From a virus, in IMG/VR virus record IMGVR_UViG_3300033064_003894, positions 75,838 to 139,837 of that record: a stretch of 64,000 nt of DNA; one strand, given 5' to 3'. Both the position numbers and the translations under genes were made by a program. Position 1 is the stretch's first letter; every line of letters starts with the position of its first letter. Below, piece by piece: positions 1 through 9,900 of this stretch. The notes under the pieces were generated by a model that was given only the letters and a program-made list of their open reading frames with translations, searched no databases and was not told the origin of the DNA.

Positions 1-185
1 ACAAAATGTCTGACGAAGAGATAGCAGGGATACCAGAAAACTTCCGAAGACTTGTGTATAATGAATCTATACGTTGGGAGCTAGTTGAGAGTGTAACTAA
101 AACTGGACGAAAGATTAGAATGTATGACCTGACAGTTGAAGAAAACAAAAACTTTGTTGACTCAAAAGGGTATCTTGTGTGGGAC
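1..185 (+). mobile_element. Intein C-terminal splicing region in RNAP beta' (ends ...GYLVWD, +1 Thr)
   Basis: WELVESVT..MYDLTVEENKNFV.SKGYLVWD is a block F/G pattern immediately before the RpoC sequence TMNIH. Confidence 0.8.
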
Positions 186-2072
186 ACGATGAACATACAT
201 GCACCTGTTTCTGATAGAGCAGTGGTTGAGGCAGCGACAAAGCTTCTACCTAGCAAATTTCTTTATGGACCAGATAGGCATATTCTTCCAATGCCAAGTA
301 ACGAGTCAATTCTTGGCATATACATGTTATCTAAGAAGACTCTTAAGGATTCAGGAGAATCCTATTCAAGCCTGGATAAAGCAGAGGGAGACTTCCTTAG
401 CAATAAACTAAATATGAATGACTATATTAAGCTTAATGGCAAGAAGACAACCCTTGGAGGTGAGATTTTGGTGTCTGCCGTTAAGGAAAAGTTTAAAGAT
501 AAACTTCGAGCGTCAGACATAGATAAAAAGTATCTGCAATCTTTAGTTACTGAAATATATAAGGAGTCTCCTGAAGACGCAGCAGAGGCACTTAACAAGC
601 TCAAAGACATTGGATATAAATATTCATATTTATATGGATTTAGCATATCACTTAATGACTTTGATGCTCCTAACGATTTGAGGTCATATACAAAGGGGGT
701 TATGGATTCTTTAGGTGACGACAATAAGAACTCTGAGAAGATGGATATTAAGCTTAGGGGGGCAGAGACGAAATTCCATAAGTTCTTTGATGACAATAGG
801 CTCATGCAAATGTCCAGATCTGGCGCTAAAGGAAGCTGGAGCAATATTGCTCAAATGCTTCTTGCCCCTGGATATATGGAAGGAGCCGGAGGAATGATAG
901 GAGAGAATCCAGTAAAGACAGGATATGCAGAGGGCATGTCTCCGTCTGATTATCTTAATACATTATATGCAGCAAGAAGCGGCATTGTCAGTAAAGTTAG
1001 AGGTGTGGCCAAAGGAGGAGAGCTTGCGAAGAGCGAGGTTCACACAGCTATAGAAATTGTGATAACAGAAAAAGACTGCGGAACGATTAATGGAATATAC
1101 ATGGACAGAGACGATAAGTTTATTGTTGGCAGGTTTGACGTAAGAGCTAAAGAGATAGATGAACAGTACCTGTCTTCACATAAAGGTAAGCAGATAAAAG
1201 TGAGAAGTCCGTTGACATGCGAATCAATAAAAGGACTCTGCTCTATTTGCTACGGAATAAATGACCAAGGCGTTATGCCTAAAGTTGGAGATCACGTTGG
1301 AATTGATGCTGCTCAAAGTACAACTGAGAGAATCACACAAAGCTTACTTCGAGCATTCCACGGAGGACGAGGAGCAAAAGAAAAGGGGACGACTGACCTA
1401 GCTAAAAACCTTCACAATTTGTTCGGAAAAATGCCGAAAACGTTTTCTGGAGAAGCCCCTGTATCTATAGAGCCTGGAGTCGTAAAAAGAATTAATAAAT
1501 CTCCTGCTGGAGGGTGGGATATATACGTTGACAATGAAAGATATAGAACCAGTGTTGAGGTTGACCCCATAGTTTCTGTTGGAGACTCTGTGTCTCGTGG
1601 TCAAAAGCTAACTACAGGAATGGAGAATCCTCGTTCAATACTAAGAACTGGAGGATTAATTGGTGCTCGTCGCTTCATAACTGGTAAAATGAGAGAGATG
1701 TATAAGGGAACAGGAGTAGACATGAATCCAGTCCATTTTGAGGTTGTAACTAGGGGATTGACAGAGCACGCTCGCGTCATAGACCCAGGAGAGAGTCAGT
1801 ATGAGTATGGAGATATTGACACAATAGCAACAATTGAACACAAAATTAAAAACGGAGAAAAGGTAAGATATGAACCAATTATGGCTGGAGCAGACAGGAT
1901 ACCTATCTATAGAAAAGATTTCTTATCTCAATCTGCAAGGCGAGAAGGTAAGAGGGGGATTATTGAGTCAGCAGCCTCAGGAGCAAAATCAGAGTTGCAT
2001 GGCGTAAATCCATTAAACTCCTGGATGCTAGGAGAGTTTAGGCCGACTATAGGTGATGGTGGAGTATACTAA
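1..2072 (+). CDS. rpoC: Multisubunit DNA-directed RNA polymerase beta' subunit, C-terminal part (5'-truncated, begins inside an intein)
   Basis: TMNIHAP (follows NADFDGD in RpoC), SGAKGS, bridge helix AARSGIVSK..GGELAK, DCGT, VRSPLTC..GLCSICYG Zn site, trigger loop AAQSTTERITQSLLRAFHGG, HFEVVTR. Confidence 0.9.
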   Translation, partial: KMSDEEIAGIPENFRRLVYNESIRWELVESVTKTGRKIRMYDLTVEENKNFVDSKGYLVWDTMNIHAPVSDRAVVEAATKLLPSKFLYGPDRHILPMPSNESILGIYMLSKKTLKDSGESYSSLDKAEGDFLSNKLNMNDYIKLNGKKTTLGGEILVSAVKEKFKDKLRASDIDKKYLQSLVTEIYKESPEDAAEALNKLKDIGYKYSYLYGFSISLNDFDAPNDLRSYTKGVMDSLGDDNKNSEKMDIKLRGAETKFHKFFDDNRLMQMSRSGAKGSWSNIAQMLLAPGYMEGAGGMIGENPVKTGYAEGMSPSDYLNTLYAARSGIVSKVRGVAKGGELAKSEVHTAIEIVITEKDCGTINGIYMDRDDKFIVGRFDVRAKEIDEQYLSSHKGKQIKVRSPLTCESIKGLCSICYGINDQGVMPKVGDHVGIDAAQSTTERITQSLLRAFHGGRGAKEKGTTDLAKNLHNLFGKMPKTFSGEAPVSIEPGVVKRINKSPAGGWDIYVDNERYRTSVEVDPIVSVGDSVSRGQKLTTGMENPRSILRTGGLIGARRFITGKMREMYKGTGVDMNPVHFEVVTRGLTEHARVIDPGESQYEYGDIDTIATIEHKIKNGEKVRYEPIMAGADRIPIYRKDFLSQSARREGKRGIIESAASGAKSELHGVNPLNSWMLGEFRPTIGDGGVY

Positions 2073-2773
2073 TGTTTTCAGAAAAACTTATAACAATTGC
2101 ATGCGATGGAGACGACTTAGGTGTTCAGTGCAGAAACACATATGAAAGCCTTTGTGAGGCGCTTATAGATGACTTTTGGTTTGTAGTTTTGCCAAAAAAT
2201 GAGAATCAAGCCTATCAACTTAATAGTTGGACAAAGAACAAGAATAACATAATTATTGCAAATCATAATGAAGGCGTAGGTGGATATGTAGACAGGAATA
2301 TATTTTTTGAGTACTTTCCTAAAAATAAGGTCTATACGCACATAATATCTGGTGTGATTGCATCAGACGCATATTTTCAATTCTGCATATCTAAGCTTGA
2401 GGATAAAACAGTCGGAGCCGTTGGAGGAATAGGGTATTCCGCTCATGGAAATTGGGAGAGCATAGAGGGAAACATGGTTCTTCCTAAGCATCTTTGTCAC
2501 GTTCTGGATGACGCCCTTTGGTCATGGAAGAATACAGGATATAGGTATGGACCTCCGTTCCAGAGTCTTCCAGGTGGACACTATGATCATCAGATGCATC
2601 TCCACCAGCTTGGTCTAAATCTATGGTCTGGGCCATCAGAGTCTATAATAATGCTTCCAGAGGGATATGACATAATGGAAAATAATGATGAGTCGGTAAA
2701 GTATTTAGAAGACACCTGGAGAGATAAGATAGAGTTCCTTTTCCCGTCAGATGTAATGGAAACGTACTCATGA
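2072..2773 (+). CDS. Hypothetical protein, possibly degenerate GT2-like glycosyltransferase
   Basis: 233-aa ORF coupled to the RNAP stop; NEGVGG..N and VGAVG motifs resemble the GT-A fold. Confidence 0.4.
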   Translation: MFSEKLITIACDGDDLGVQCRNTYESLCEALIDDFWFVVLPKNENQAYQLNSWTKNKNNIIIANHNEGVGGYVDRNIFFEYFPKNKVYTHIISGVIASDAYFQFCISKLEDKTVGAVGGIGYSAHGNWESIEGNMVLPKHLCHVLDDALWSWKNTGYRYGPPFQSLPGGHYDHQMHLHQLGLNLWSGPSESIIMLPEGYDIMENNDESVKYLEDTWRDKIEFLFPSDVMETYS

Positions 2774-3096
2774 TAGAGATGTCATTAATAGAGGTAGCCT
2801 TATCGATAATAGCGTCAGTAGGTATGACTATAATCATAACGCAAAGCACGTTATTTAAGAAGCCAAGAGACATCGTGTTTGCAAAAACAGTGATGCCATG
2901 GAAAACATTTCTTATGTGTCCTATATGTATAGGGTTCTGGGCAGGCATTATATCTTTTTCTATTTTAGGAAAAAATTTTTCTATATTTGATATGTTCCTA
3001 TATGGGTGCGTAGGGTCTGGAGTAAACCACTTCGTAGTGCTATGGAATAGGTCCATCATATCTGACTCACCCTCTAAATGTGGAAAATGCCAATAG
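2770..3096 (+). CDS. DUF1360-like membrane protein
   Basis: Hydrophobic helices and a CPICIGFW motif. Confidence 0.55.
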   Translation: MIEMSLIEVALSIIASVGMTIIITQSTLFKKPRDIVFAKTVMPWKTFLMCPICIGFWAGIISFSILGKNFSIFDMFLYGCVGSGVNHFVVLWNRSIISDSPSKCGKCQ

Positions 3097-3440
3097 ATGC
3101 ATCTACTAGAGAGAGAGTGTTCGAGAGAGCATATTGGAGGTGTGAAATGTGTCATTCTCTTGGTAAGCCCTATAACCAATTAGAGATACACCATATCGTA
3201 ACCAAGGCAAGAGGTGTTGGGTGGACCTTCCTTAATCATGAGCTAAACCTATGTCTTCTATGTCACGGGTGTCACATGAATGTCCATAAGCAGGGGATAA
3301 AGCAGTGGCTATCTAAACGACCTCCAGACGTTTGCTATCAATGTGATCAGGTTCTGGTTCCGCTTGAAGACAGTCGTGGGGTTGGGTGCCAAGAATGTAA
3401 AGAGGTACTTTTTCAGACTGTTCATTCTTCTTTATTATAA
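3087..3440 (+). CDS. HNH endonuclease
   Basis: CEMC..LEIHHIV..NLCLLCHGCH; ATG at 3087 preferred over 3078. Confidence 0.85.
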   Translation: MPIDASTRERVFERAYWRCEMCHSLGKPYNQLEIHHIVTKARGVGWTFLNHELNLCLLCHGCHMNVHKQGIKQWLSKRPPDVCYQCDQVLVPLEDSRGVGCQECKEVLFQTVHSSLL

Positions 3441-4575
3441 ATCTTGTGATAGCTGCGAGTATTTTTGTGTTAGGATGTATGCCGCATAAATTTATTAAAT
3501 CAGGTATATATTTTGAAAATCTAGATACGCTGTGCACATCGGAAGAAAGGATATAAACAATTCGTCCAGAAACAACATTTGAGAATTCGAAAGAGTCTCC
3601 GCTGTATAAGTTATTTATCTCTCTTAGCGCCATAGCTCTTGTTTTATCTATATAAGCTTTAGTGCATTTTATTCTAACCGTAGTGTTTAATCCTAGCACT
3701 GGTTCTTTCCTATTTAGCTCTGACTTAAATATTCTTGTTTTCTTGCCGTTAACAACAAGTTTATACCTATATGAAAGTTTACATATTGAATTAATTAGTA
3801 TTTCTACAAAGTCATCGATGAACTTAAAGTCATTGTAGAAAATCTTGATGTAAATGTTATCAATGTATCGTATGTAATTTATTGAAAGCTTTTTTGGATA
3901 CTCAAACTTATTGTCAATTCTACGTAGACGATCAAAAAGTCGACTTTTAATAGAAGCTGAAATGTACTCTCCGGAAGTTAGTGAATATTGGGAGTGCATA
4001 GCCTTTGGACACGATGACTTCTTACTAATCTTCTCTCCATTTATTGTTATTTGAGTATCAGAAGTAGAAGCTTCTAGTCTAGACAGACAAGACAGTATTA
4101 TGCAGTCAAAGCCTTGAAGGTATATATTGCTAATGTCTTGAGACATAGCGCTGCCCTGTGAAAGAACTCTAACGTCGTTCCCTACAAAAACAAACGCATT
4201 GTCGACAAAAGTGATTAAATTTTTGTGTTTAGAGGCGAAGCAGTCATAAAAGATTGAGTGATAAAAATTTTTAAAGTCAAGTCCTATAAGTACACTTTTA
4301 TCTCCTTCATCAACCGGGCTTCGTTTTGTTATCAAAGACAAGACCAGAGCCTTCATATTTGTTCCACCAAAAGGATATCCAAAAACAGACTTCTTTAAAT
4401 TAACACTCGTGTTATGTAATGAGTCGGAGCCATCGAAGATAAATCCTCTAAGCGCCCACAGTTTTTCATAATGGTCGTTCGTTGTACCAAAGTCGTGAAC
4501 TAATCGGAAAGAGCTTTTATCTTTTTTTGGTATAAGAACGGCTCTAGGTAATACTCTTTTTGAGCCTTCTTGCAT
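3313..4575 (-). CDS. Reverse transcriptase-like protein with YIDN catalytic loop
   Basis: RT motifs in order: IPKKDKSSFRLV, SVFGY, LDFKNFYHSI, LSQGSAMSQDISNIYL..FD, YIRYIDNI, LVVNGKKTRI, PVLGL. Confidence 0.85.
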   Translation of the reverse strand: MQEGSKRVLPRAVLIPKKDKSSFRLVHDFGTTNDHYEKLWALRGFIFDGSDSLHNTSVNLKKSVFGYPFGGTNMKALVLSLITKRSPVDEGDKSVLIGLDFKNFYHSIFYDCFASKHKNLITFVDNAFVFVGNDVRVLSQGSAMSQDISNIYLQGFDCIILSCLSRLEASTSDTQITINGEKISKKSSCPKAMHSQYSLTSGEYISASIKSRLFDRLRRIDNKFEYPKKLSINYIRYIDNIYIKIFYNDFKFIDDFVEILINSICKLSYRYKLVVNGKKTRIFKSELNRKEPVLGLNTTVRIKCTKAYIDKTRAMALREINNLYSGDSFEFSNVVSGRIVYILSSDVHSVSRFSKYIPDLINLCGIHPNTKILAAITRFIIKKNEQSEKVPLYILGTQPHDCLQAEPEPDHIDSKRLEVV

Positions 4576-4580
4576 TAGTG

Positions 4581-4592
4581 TATTATTCCGTA
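4581..4592 (-). promoter_or_regulatory. Putative promoter TACGGAATAATA upstream of the RT
   Basis: AATAAT lies 6 nt before the RT ATG; identical 12-mer at 47714-47725. Confidence 0.45.
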
Positions 4593-4596
4593 TAAA

Positions 4597-5793
4597 ATGA
4601 CAATATTAATGGGAGCACCCCAGGTACCGTCGTCGTCATACTCTAGCACACATTTTGGTGTTGTTAAGGGGCCATATACAAGAAATAGCGAGGACTCTAA
4701 GTCTCAAGAGTATACAGGACTGTATTGGGTATCTATAGACACAGCAAGTGGCACCTCTATAGATAGGGTCTGTATGGTTTCTTCTACGTCATACAGCTAC
4801 TCGCAAGGTGTAGGAATGTTCAGGCTGCCCTCTCCAGGAGAGTCAGTTTTGGTTGCAAGGACAGTAAATAATCAATTTTATATTATTGGCGGAACGGCAC
4901 AAAGGACTATAGGAAATCTTGACTCTGCCATACCAAAATTAGGATCTCCTCTTAAACCAATTTCAGAAAATGAGTTAATTATAGTAGGGAATAGAACTGA
5001 CTTTCCTCTTAGCCAATCATATATTAAGTTTAGCAAGTCTGGAAGCATACGTATTCAGGCAGGCGAATATCCTAAAATAGTTCTATCTAAGTCTAAGGGA
5101 GAGATAGAGGAATCTTCTTACAGGAAAACTACGTGGACAAGGAGTGGATATGAAAAATGGGGCGTTGATGGGTCAGTGTCTTATGGGATACGTGAGCCAA
5201 TGAAGGCTCCAGCGAAATGGGAGCGATACGTAAGAACTAGAGAGGCTGACAACTCTGCACCCTTTGTTCATACTCAAGAGGGGGACCTTGAAGGAGACAG
5301 GGATATACTGACTAAGGTTGACGCAATTATTTTCTCAAAGAACGTAAATAATAAATCATTTTCAATATCATATAAGAGCGGCAAAACAGTAATGGGCTTT
5401 GGAGCCATTGGTTTGCCATCAAATGGACTTGTTAGGCCAAAGGTTACGCAAATGCAATCAATTATTGACAGCTCGTCTTCAAGCATTACTATCAATCCTG
5501 ATCTAAATAATATGATTTTAAGATCTTATGATATAATTATTAGAGGCGGTAGGACCAGCTCAGACAGAACAGGAAAAGTAACAATAGAGGGCCGGGAGCT
5601 CTCTGTACAAATGACAGGACCAATATCAATACGTGGCACTTCGGAAATATTCATAAGTGCCCCAAACATTAGGATGTCGTCTAACGTAATTGTTGATGGC
5701 ACACTAACGGTTAACGGTACGGCTAATGTAAATGGCACAATTTTATGTTCTGGTCCTGTTTTTGGGAATCCGTGCACTTGGACACCTAATTAA
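4597..5793 (+). CDS. Baseplate central spike / gp5-gpV-like protein
   Basis: N-terminal OB-fold signature LPSPGESVLV; C-terminal beta-helix repeats VDGTLTVNGTANVNG. Confidence 0.65.
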   Translation: MTILMGAPQVPSSSYSSTHFGVVKGPYTRNSEDSKSQEYTGLYWVSIDTASGTSIDRVCMVSSTSYSYSQGVGMFRLPSPGESVLVARTVNNQFYIIGGTAQRTIGNLDSAIPKLGSPLKPISENELIIVGNRTDFPLSQSYIKFSKSGSIRIQAGEYPKIVLSKSKGEIEESSYRKTTWTRSGYEKWGVDGSVSYGIREPMKAPAKWERYVRTREADNSAPFVHTQEGDLEGDRDILTKVDAIIFSKNVNNKSFSISYKSGKTVMGFGAIGLPSNGLVRPKVTQMQSIIDSSSSSITINPDLNNMILRSYDIIIRGGRTSSDRTGKVTIEGRELSVQMTGPISIRGTSEIFISAPNIRMSSNVIVDGTLTVNGTANVNGTILCSGPVFGNPCTWTPN

Positions 5794-7650
5794 ATGGAAA
5801 CTAACCTAGGAAACAACGTAGGTCTATGGCCTCAAAAGATCTTTGAGTACGTTAGCGCAGAATACAACTATATAATTCCATATATACAGAATATATCATT
5901 CAAGAGAATTGACATTGTAAATGGAGCGGCAATTGGTGGCATCACGATTGGTAATAAATCTTCTGGAATGATGGCAATTGTGCCATTAATAGTCTCAGAA
6001 TTCAACCTTGCCCCAATGGACGTAATGATTATGGAAGAAGACTTGTATATTCCAATGACAGAGGCAAGAGTTTTGGAATATCTTGGACAAAACTTTGGGT
6101 CTCACATACCTAAAACAAATAATAACTATAGCACAGGAGGACGTATGCCAGTGACCCCTTTGCCTCCTGGGCACAGAAATGGCGACGTAAATAAGTATTC
6201 TAGTATATTTAGGCACGCATCTGAAAAGGCTGGCTTTGGACCAGGAGTACTTAAAATTATAATGGACAGTATGCCTCACCTTATAAAAAAAGACGAGTCT
6301 GTTGCAAAGAGAGTTATGTCAGTGATCTCAGACATCCCGTACAGAGCTGTATGGATAAAGAGAGACTCTGACAAGAATACATGGACTGCTATATGTTCTG
6401 ATGACGCAGGAAGAATAAATTTAATCGATGGCAAGGATGCGATAATACGAACTCTTTCTAAGTTTGATCCAGAGGTTGCCGAAGAGATGAAGGTGTCTGA
6501 CAACATATATTTTAGTAAATATGGGAATAAGCCTATTGTCTTTGAGTCCATATCAGAGCTACCTGAAGTTCTTAGTAACACAGGAAGGGTTGCCGTGTTT
6601 GGGAAAAACAAAGATCTTATTGTAGGTCAATTTTATCATAGAGTTTCAGATATGGCAGGGAGGAGTCTAGGCCTGAGCATTTGGTTTAATGACAGCAACT
6701 GGTCAGTATCAGAGGAGATGACTGGTTACATGATACGAGAGGGACATGCTGATCGTACTCCTACGGTTAAAAATAGAAGAAGTTACTGCTTTAGTTTTAT
6801 TCATAGTGACAATGACTATATGTGCACAATGCCTTTCAAGGTTGTGTCTGAACCTAAAATAGAGGGTGGAGACTCTAAAGAAATGATAGTAGATATTGTC
6901 GACTCTAATGGGAAAGATGCAGTTCTATATTATAGCTCAGATGTATTCAAGCCTCACTGTAATAAAGCAGGAGATAAAATAAGATACTATATTCCAAGAG
7001 ATTGGAAGATGCATGATGTAGGAGAGTGCAAAATATCTCTATCGTATGTAGGAGGAAAATCATTAGCAGATTTGGCGTCAACTGCAGCAAACACTATATC
7101 TCTGTCATTATTGGATGGCGTGTATTACATATCAGGAGAGCATTCAAAAAATTTGGCAACATCATTCGACGGAGATTATGATCCCAGGCTAGGGAAGTCT
7201 GCAGACACATTAAATAAGGCCATATGGAACCTGGTAATGTTTGGCATGTCAGAAGGAGATGCAAGAATGTGTATTTCTTCATTGCACGAACACGGAGGCA
7301 GGATAACTATAGGGAATATAGCACCATTTGTAGCGTACGAGCCAAAGATTAGGGGAATACCTACGGAGCTTATAAGTCTAGCAAGTTCTGTATCTAGCGA
7401 ATCAGTTGACTCTATCCTTGGTCTTGGCATGTCTGACATATTGTCAAGGGATGAGCTAAGCCAGCATTCGCTCGAAATAAGAAAGCTTGAGAGCGTTTTG
7501 GCGAAACTGCTATTCAATGTTAGGATAGGTGCGTTAAACATTGAAGAGGATATGATAGTCAAGGCAATGAAATATCTTTCTGTTGTCGTAGACGAGATAG
7601 AAGCGTCAAACTCTTCAATAGTAAGAGAAAAGAAGAAAGAGGGACTATAA
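5794..7650 (+). CDS. Hypothetical (probable virion) protein
   Basis: 618-aa ORF abutting the spike gene in a + strand structural operon. Confidence 0.45.
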   Translation: METNLGNNVGLWPQKIFEYVSAEYNYIIPYIQNISFKRIDIVNGAAIGGITIGNKSSGMMAIVPLIVSEFNLAPMDVMIMEEDLYIPMTEARVLEYLGQNFGSHIPKTNNNYSTGGRMPVTPLPPGHRNGDVNKYSSIFRHASEKAGFGPGVLKIIMDSMPHLIKKDESVAKRVMSVISDIPYRAVWIKRDSDKNTWTAICSDDAGRINLIDGKDAIIRTLSKFDPEVAEEMKVSDNIYFSKYGNKPIVFESISELPEVLSNTGRVAVFGKNKDLIVGQFYHRVSDMAGRSLGLSIWFNDSNWSVSEEMTGYMIREGHADRTPTVKNRRSYCFSFIHSDNDYMCTMPFKVVSEPKIEGGDSKEMIVDIVDSNGKDAVLYYSSDVFKPHCNKAGDKIRYYIPRDWKMHDVGECKISLSYVGGKSLADLASTAANTISLSLLDGVYYISGEHSKNLATSFDGDYDPRLGKSADTLNKAIWNLVMFGMSEGDARMCISSLHEHGGRITIGNIAPFVAYEPKIRGIPTELISLASSVSSESVDSILGLGMSDILSRDELSQHSLEIRKLESVLAKLLFNVRIGALNIEEDMIVKAMKYLSVVVDEIEASNSSIVREKKKEGL

Positions 7651-8039
7651 TGAAGTGCACATATATATATGATGATGACTCTAAATGCGATGGCGACCAA
7701 TTTGGTGGGTATGAATTCTGTATAGAACACTATAAATCCGCCATAGCAAAGACTAAGGCGATGGATGATACGAGGGATCGCGAGGCCTTATACGATGAGG
7801 CATTAAAGTCAATACCGCCCGTAGTTACTTCGCTAGAGCAGATAAGAGATGTTCTCGGTATTGCGATTCCTCACCTTATATTTGGAAACATGTCTCCGAA
7901 GATTGTTGATGCACTAACCAGAGCCTGCCTTGCTCAGGCTAGAATACTTGAAATAACAGAGATTGATCAAAAGCTAAAACAGCTGGAGAAGCTGGCATCA
8001 AACGACATGCGTTATACAACGGCGTTAAGCGATGAATAG
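7650..8039 (+). CDS. Zn-finger/coiled-coil protein, possible terminase small subunit
   Basis: N-terminal C..C..C..H and C-terminal EIDQKLKQLE; upstream of the large terminase. Confidence 0.35.
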   Translation: MKCTYIYDDDSKCDGDQFGGYEFCIEHYKSAIAKTKAMDDTRDREALYDEALKSIPPVVTSLEQIRDVLGIAIPHLIFGNMSPKIVDALTRACLAQARILEITEIDQKLKQLEKLASNDMRYTTALSDE

Positions 8040-8267
8040 ATGTCCAATATCGACGCGAGACTTAAAAAACTAGAGAATGCCCTTATTGACAGAGCAAGAG
8101 TTTTAAGGGCAACGGAAGACACCATAAGAAATCCGCTTGAGAATATAGATGAGGTCTTTGAACTGTGCGTAAAAGGTTCAATAAAGGTAGTTCTTGAATC
8201 AAATGTTTACATATTTAAAACATCAGATACAATAGATAACGAAAATGAGATACCAGTCAATAGGTGA
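8040..8267 (+). CDS. Hypothetical protein
   Basis: Abuts the previous ORF; N-terminal coiled coil. Confidence 0.5.
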   Translation: MSNIDARLKKLENALIDRARVLRATEDTIRNPLENIDEVFELCVKGSIKVVLESNVYIFKTSDTIDNENEIPVNR

Positions 8268-8577
8268 TATGCTACTACTTAAGGGTCTAGAAAAGGTTGC
8301 ATTTGTTGCAACGCTAGCGAAAGGCGTACAGGCTATTGGATCTAAAGTGGTAGGTGCTGTCCCCAAGAAAGCTAGAAGCTTTTTGAAAGCTTCCACTCCA
8401 TCAATGGTAGGCGGGGCAGCAGTTGGAGGAGCAGTTGGAGCGGTTACAGGCGGGCTTAGTGACGACAGTACAGCTCTGAAAGGGCTAGGGAAAGGACTGC
8501 TTGGAGGAGCTGCATCTGGTGCAGGAGTTTACGCTGGTGGTAAGGGATGGGCGTCTTTAGCAAAAAAAACAAAATAG
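8245..8577 (+). CDS. Glycine-zipper membrane/virion protein
   Basis: GGAAVGGAVGAVTGG glycine zipper; LEKVA motif. Confidence 0.5.
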   Translation: MRYQSIGDMLLLKGLEKVAFVATLAKGVQAIGSKVVGAVPKKARSFLKASTPSMVGGAAVGGAVGAVTGGLSDDSTALKGLGKGLLGGAASGAGVYAGGKGWASLAKKTK

Positions 8578-8606
8578 GACAACACTTAGCGTTGCCCTAC
8601 TAGAGG

Positions 8607-8885
8607 CTAAGACATTGCAGCTTTAGCTTCTTTCCTTTCTGCTCTAGCCAACGCCCTTTCTCTCTCGTTAAGATCGGTGCGCTTTTGGCTCAAGGCAAGA
8701 GCCGCTTCCTCTTTCTTGCACACATCTTCAGCGAAGTCAATAGCTTCTTGTCTTTCGATTAAGGTGCGTTTTTTTAGACGCTGGTTGTTTGCCGAGAAGC
8801 CTGCGGAAATTGCAAAGCCGGCAATGAAGCCCCTTAGAAGACCGCCAACTACAACTCTTCCTAGCGTGATGATGATTGGACCCAT
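8607..8885 (-). CDS. Small membrane-anchored coiled-coil protein
   Basis: AGGAG Shine-Dalgarno, N-terminal hydrophobic helix, upstream GGTATAA. Confidence 0.55.
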   Translation of the reverse strand: MGPIIITLGRVVVGGLLRGFIAGFAISAGFSANNQRLKKRTLIERQEAIDFAEDVCKKEEAALALSQKRTDLNERERALARAERKEAKAAMS

Positions 8886-8963
8886 TTTTCTCCTTTGTTA
8901 GGGTTCAGTATTTTATACCATTAAGGGTTGCATTTTTAAGGTACAAAGGCTAAAATCTAAGCA

Positions 8964-9893
8964 ATGAAAATAGGATGCTTTGTGTCCACAAATGAAGACC
9001 TACTTACTCAAACTCTAGTTAGTGGTCTTAAAAGTCTTGGGCACGATGTAGTGTCAGACAGGGGTAATAATTACACAAGAAAGGTAGATTATGAAAAGGA
9101 AGACGGGTTTGACCTATTTATAGAGTTTTCTAATGCATGCGTTGACACGATGTTAGCCTTTAACGTGTCTTCTGCGCACAATGGGCAACTTGTATATGTC
9201 AATGGGTGCGACTTTGAAGATGAACATTTCTTAGAAATATATCAAGATAGCTTTAGGTATCCTTCAGACTACAAGGTCTATTTTAGAAGAGAGTACAGAT
9301 CTAAACTTGCAAACGGTAATGAGTATCCTCTTCAGTTTGGCATAGAGGACCGGTATCTTAAATATAACAACAAAGATAAGAGCATCTTTGCAACGTTTCC
9401 ATCTAATGGAGAATATGCCAACAGGCTTAGTTTAAAAAGCTATATAGAGGAAAATTTCTCAGATGTAATCACTGGACGTATAGGAAATTGGGTTCACCAG
9501 TCACCAAAAGATGACCGTGACCTATATTATGAGCATATAAGCAAAGCTAAAGCCATAGTTGTTGCGCATGGTTGGGGAGAGGATACGGCAAGATTTTATG
9601 AGTCAGTGGCAACTGGAGCTATAGTTATTGCTCAAAGATTTACTATAGACGTATACAGGCCGTTTACTCACGGAGAAAACATATTGTTTTGGGACCATCC
9701 GTCTGAAGTAGTTAAATACCTAAAAGAAGTCCGTGATGGGAAATGGGATCATATAGGCCCAGCATGTAAGGAGTTCGCGCTAAAAAATCACACAGTCAAA
9801 GAGAGGGCTAAGTACTTTTTTGATATATTGAAGAAAATAGAGTTTTATTCATTGGCAGAGAGTGGTGCAGGCGCTATACTTCAGAAGTCGTAA
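8964..9893 (+). CDS. Glycosyltransferase (GT-B, CgeB/Glyco_trans_1_2-like)
   Basis: RFYESVATGA..PFTHGENILF..FALKNHTVKERA. Confidence 0.75.
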   Translation: MKIGCFVSTNEDLLTQTLVSGLKSLGHDVVSDRGNNYTRKVDYEKEDGFDLFIEFSNACVDTMLAFNVSSAHNGQLVYVNGCDFEDEHFLEIYQDSFRYPSDYKVYFRREYRSKLANGNEYPLQFGIEDRYLKYNNKDKSIFATFPSNGEYANRLSLKSYIEENFSDVITGRIGNWVHQSPKDDRDLYYEHISKAKAIVVAHGWGEDTARFYESVATGAIVIAQRFTIDVYRPFTHGENILFWDHPSEVVKYLKEVRDGKWDHIGPACKEFALKNHTVKERAKYFFDILKKIEFYSLAESGAGAILQKS

Positions 9894-9900
9894 AAAAAAC

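Noticed and set aside
3313-5793. RT as part of a DGR, retron, group II intron or repeat-array system
   Set aside because: No TR/VR pair, avd-like gene, upstream non-coding space, intron domain V or repeat array was seen by eye. A self-alignment of the whole genome is needed to exclude a distant TR.
5794-7650. Portal protein
   Set aside because: Size is plausible but no portal motif was recognisable
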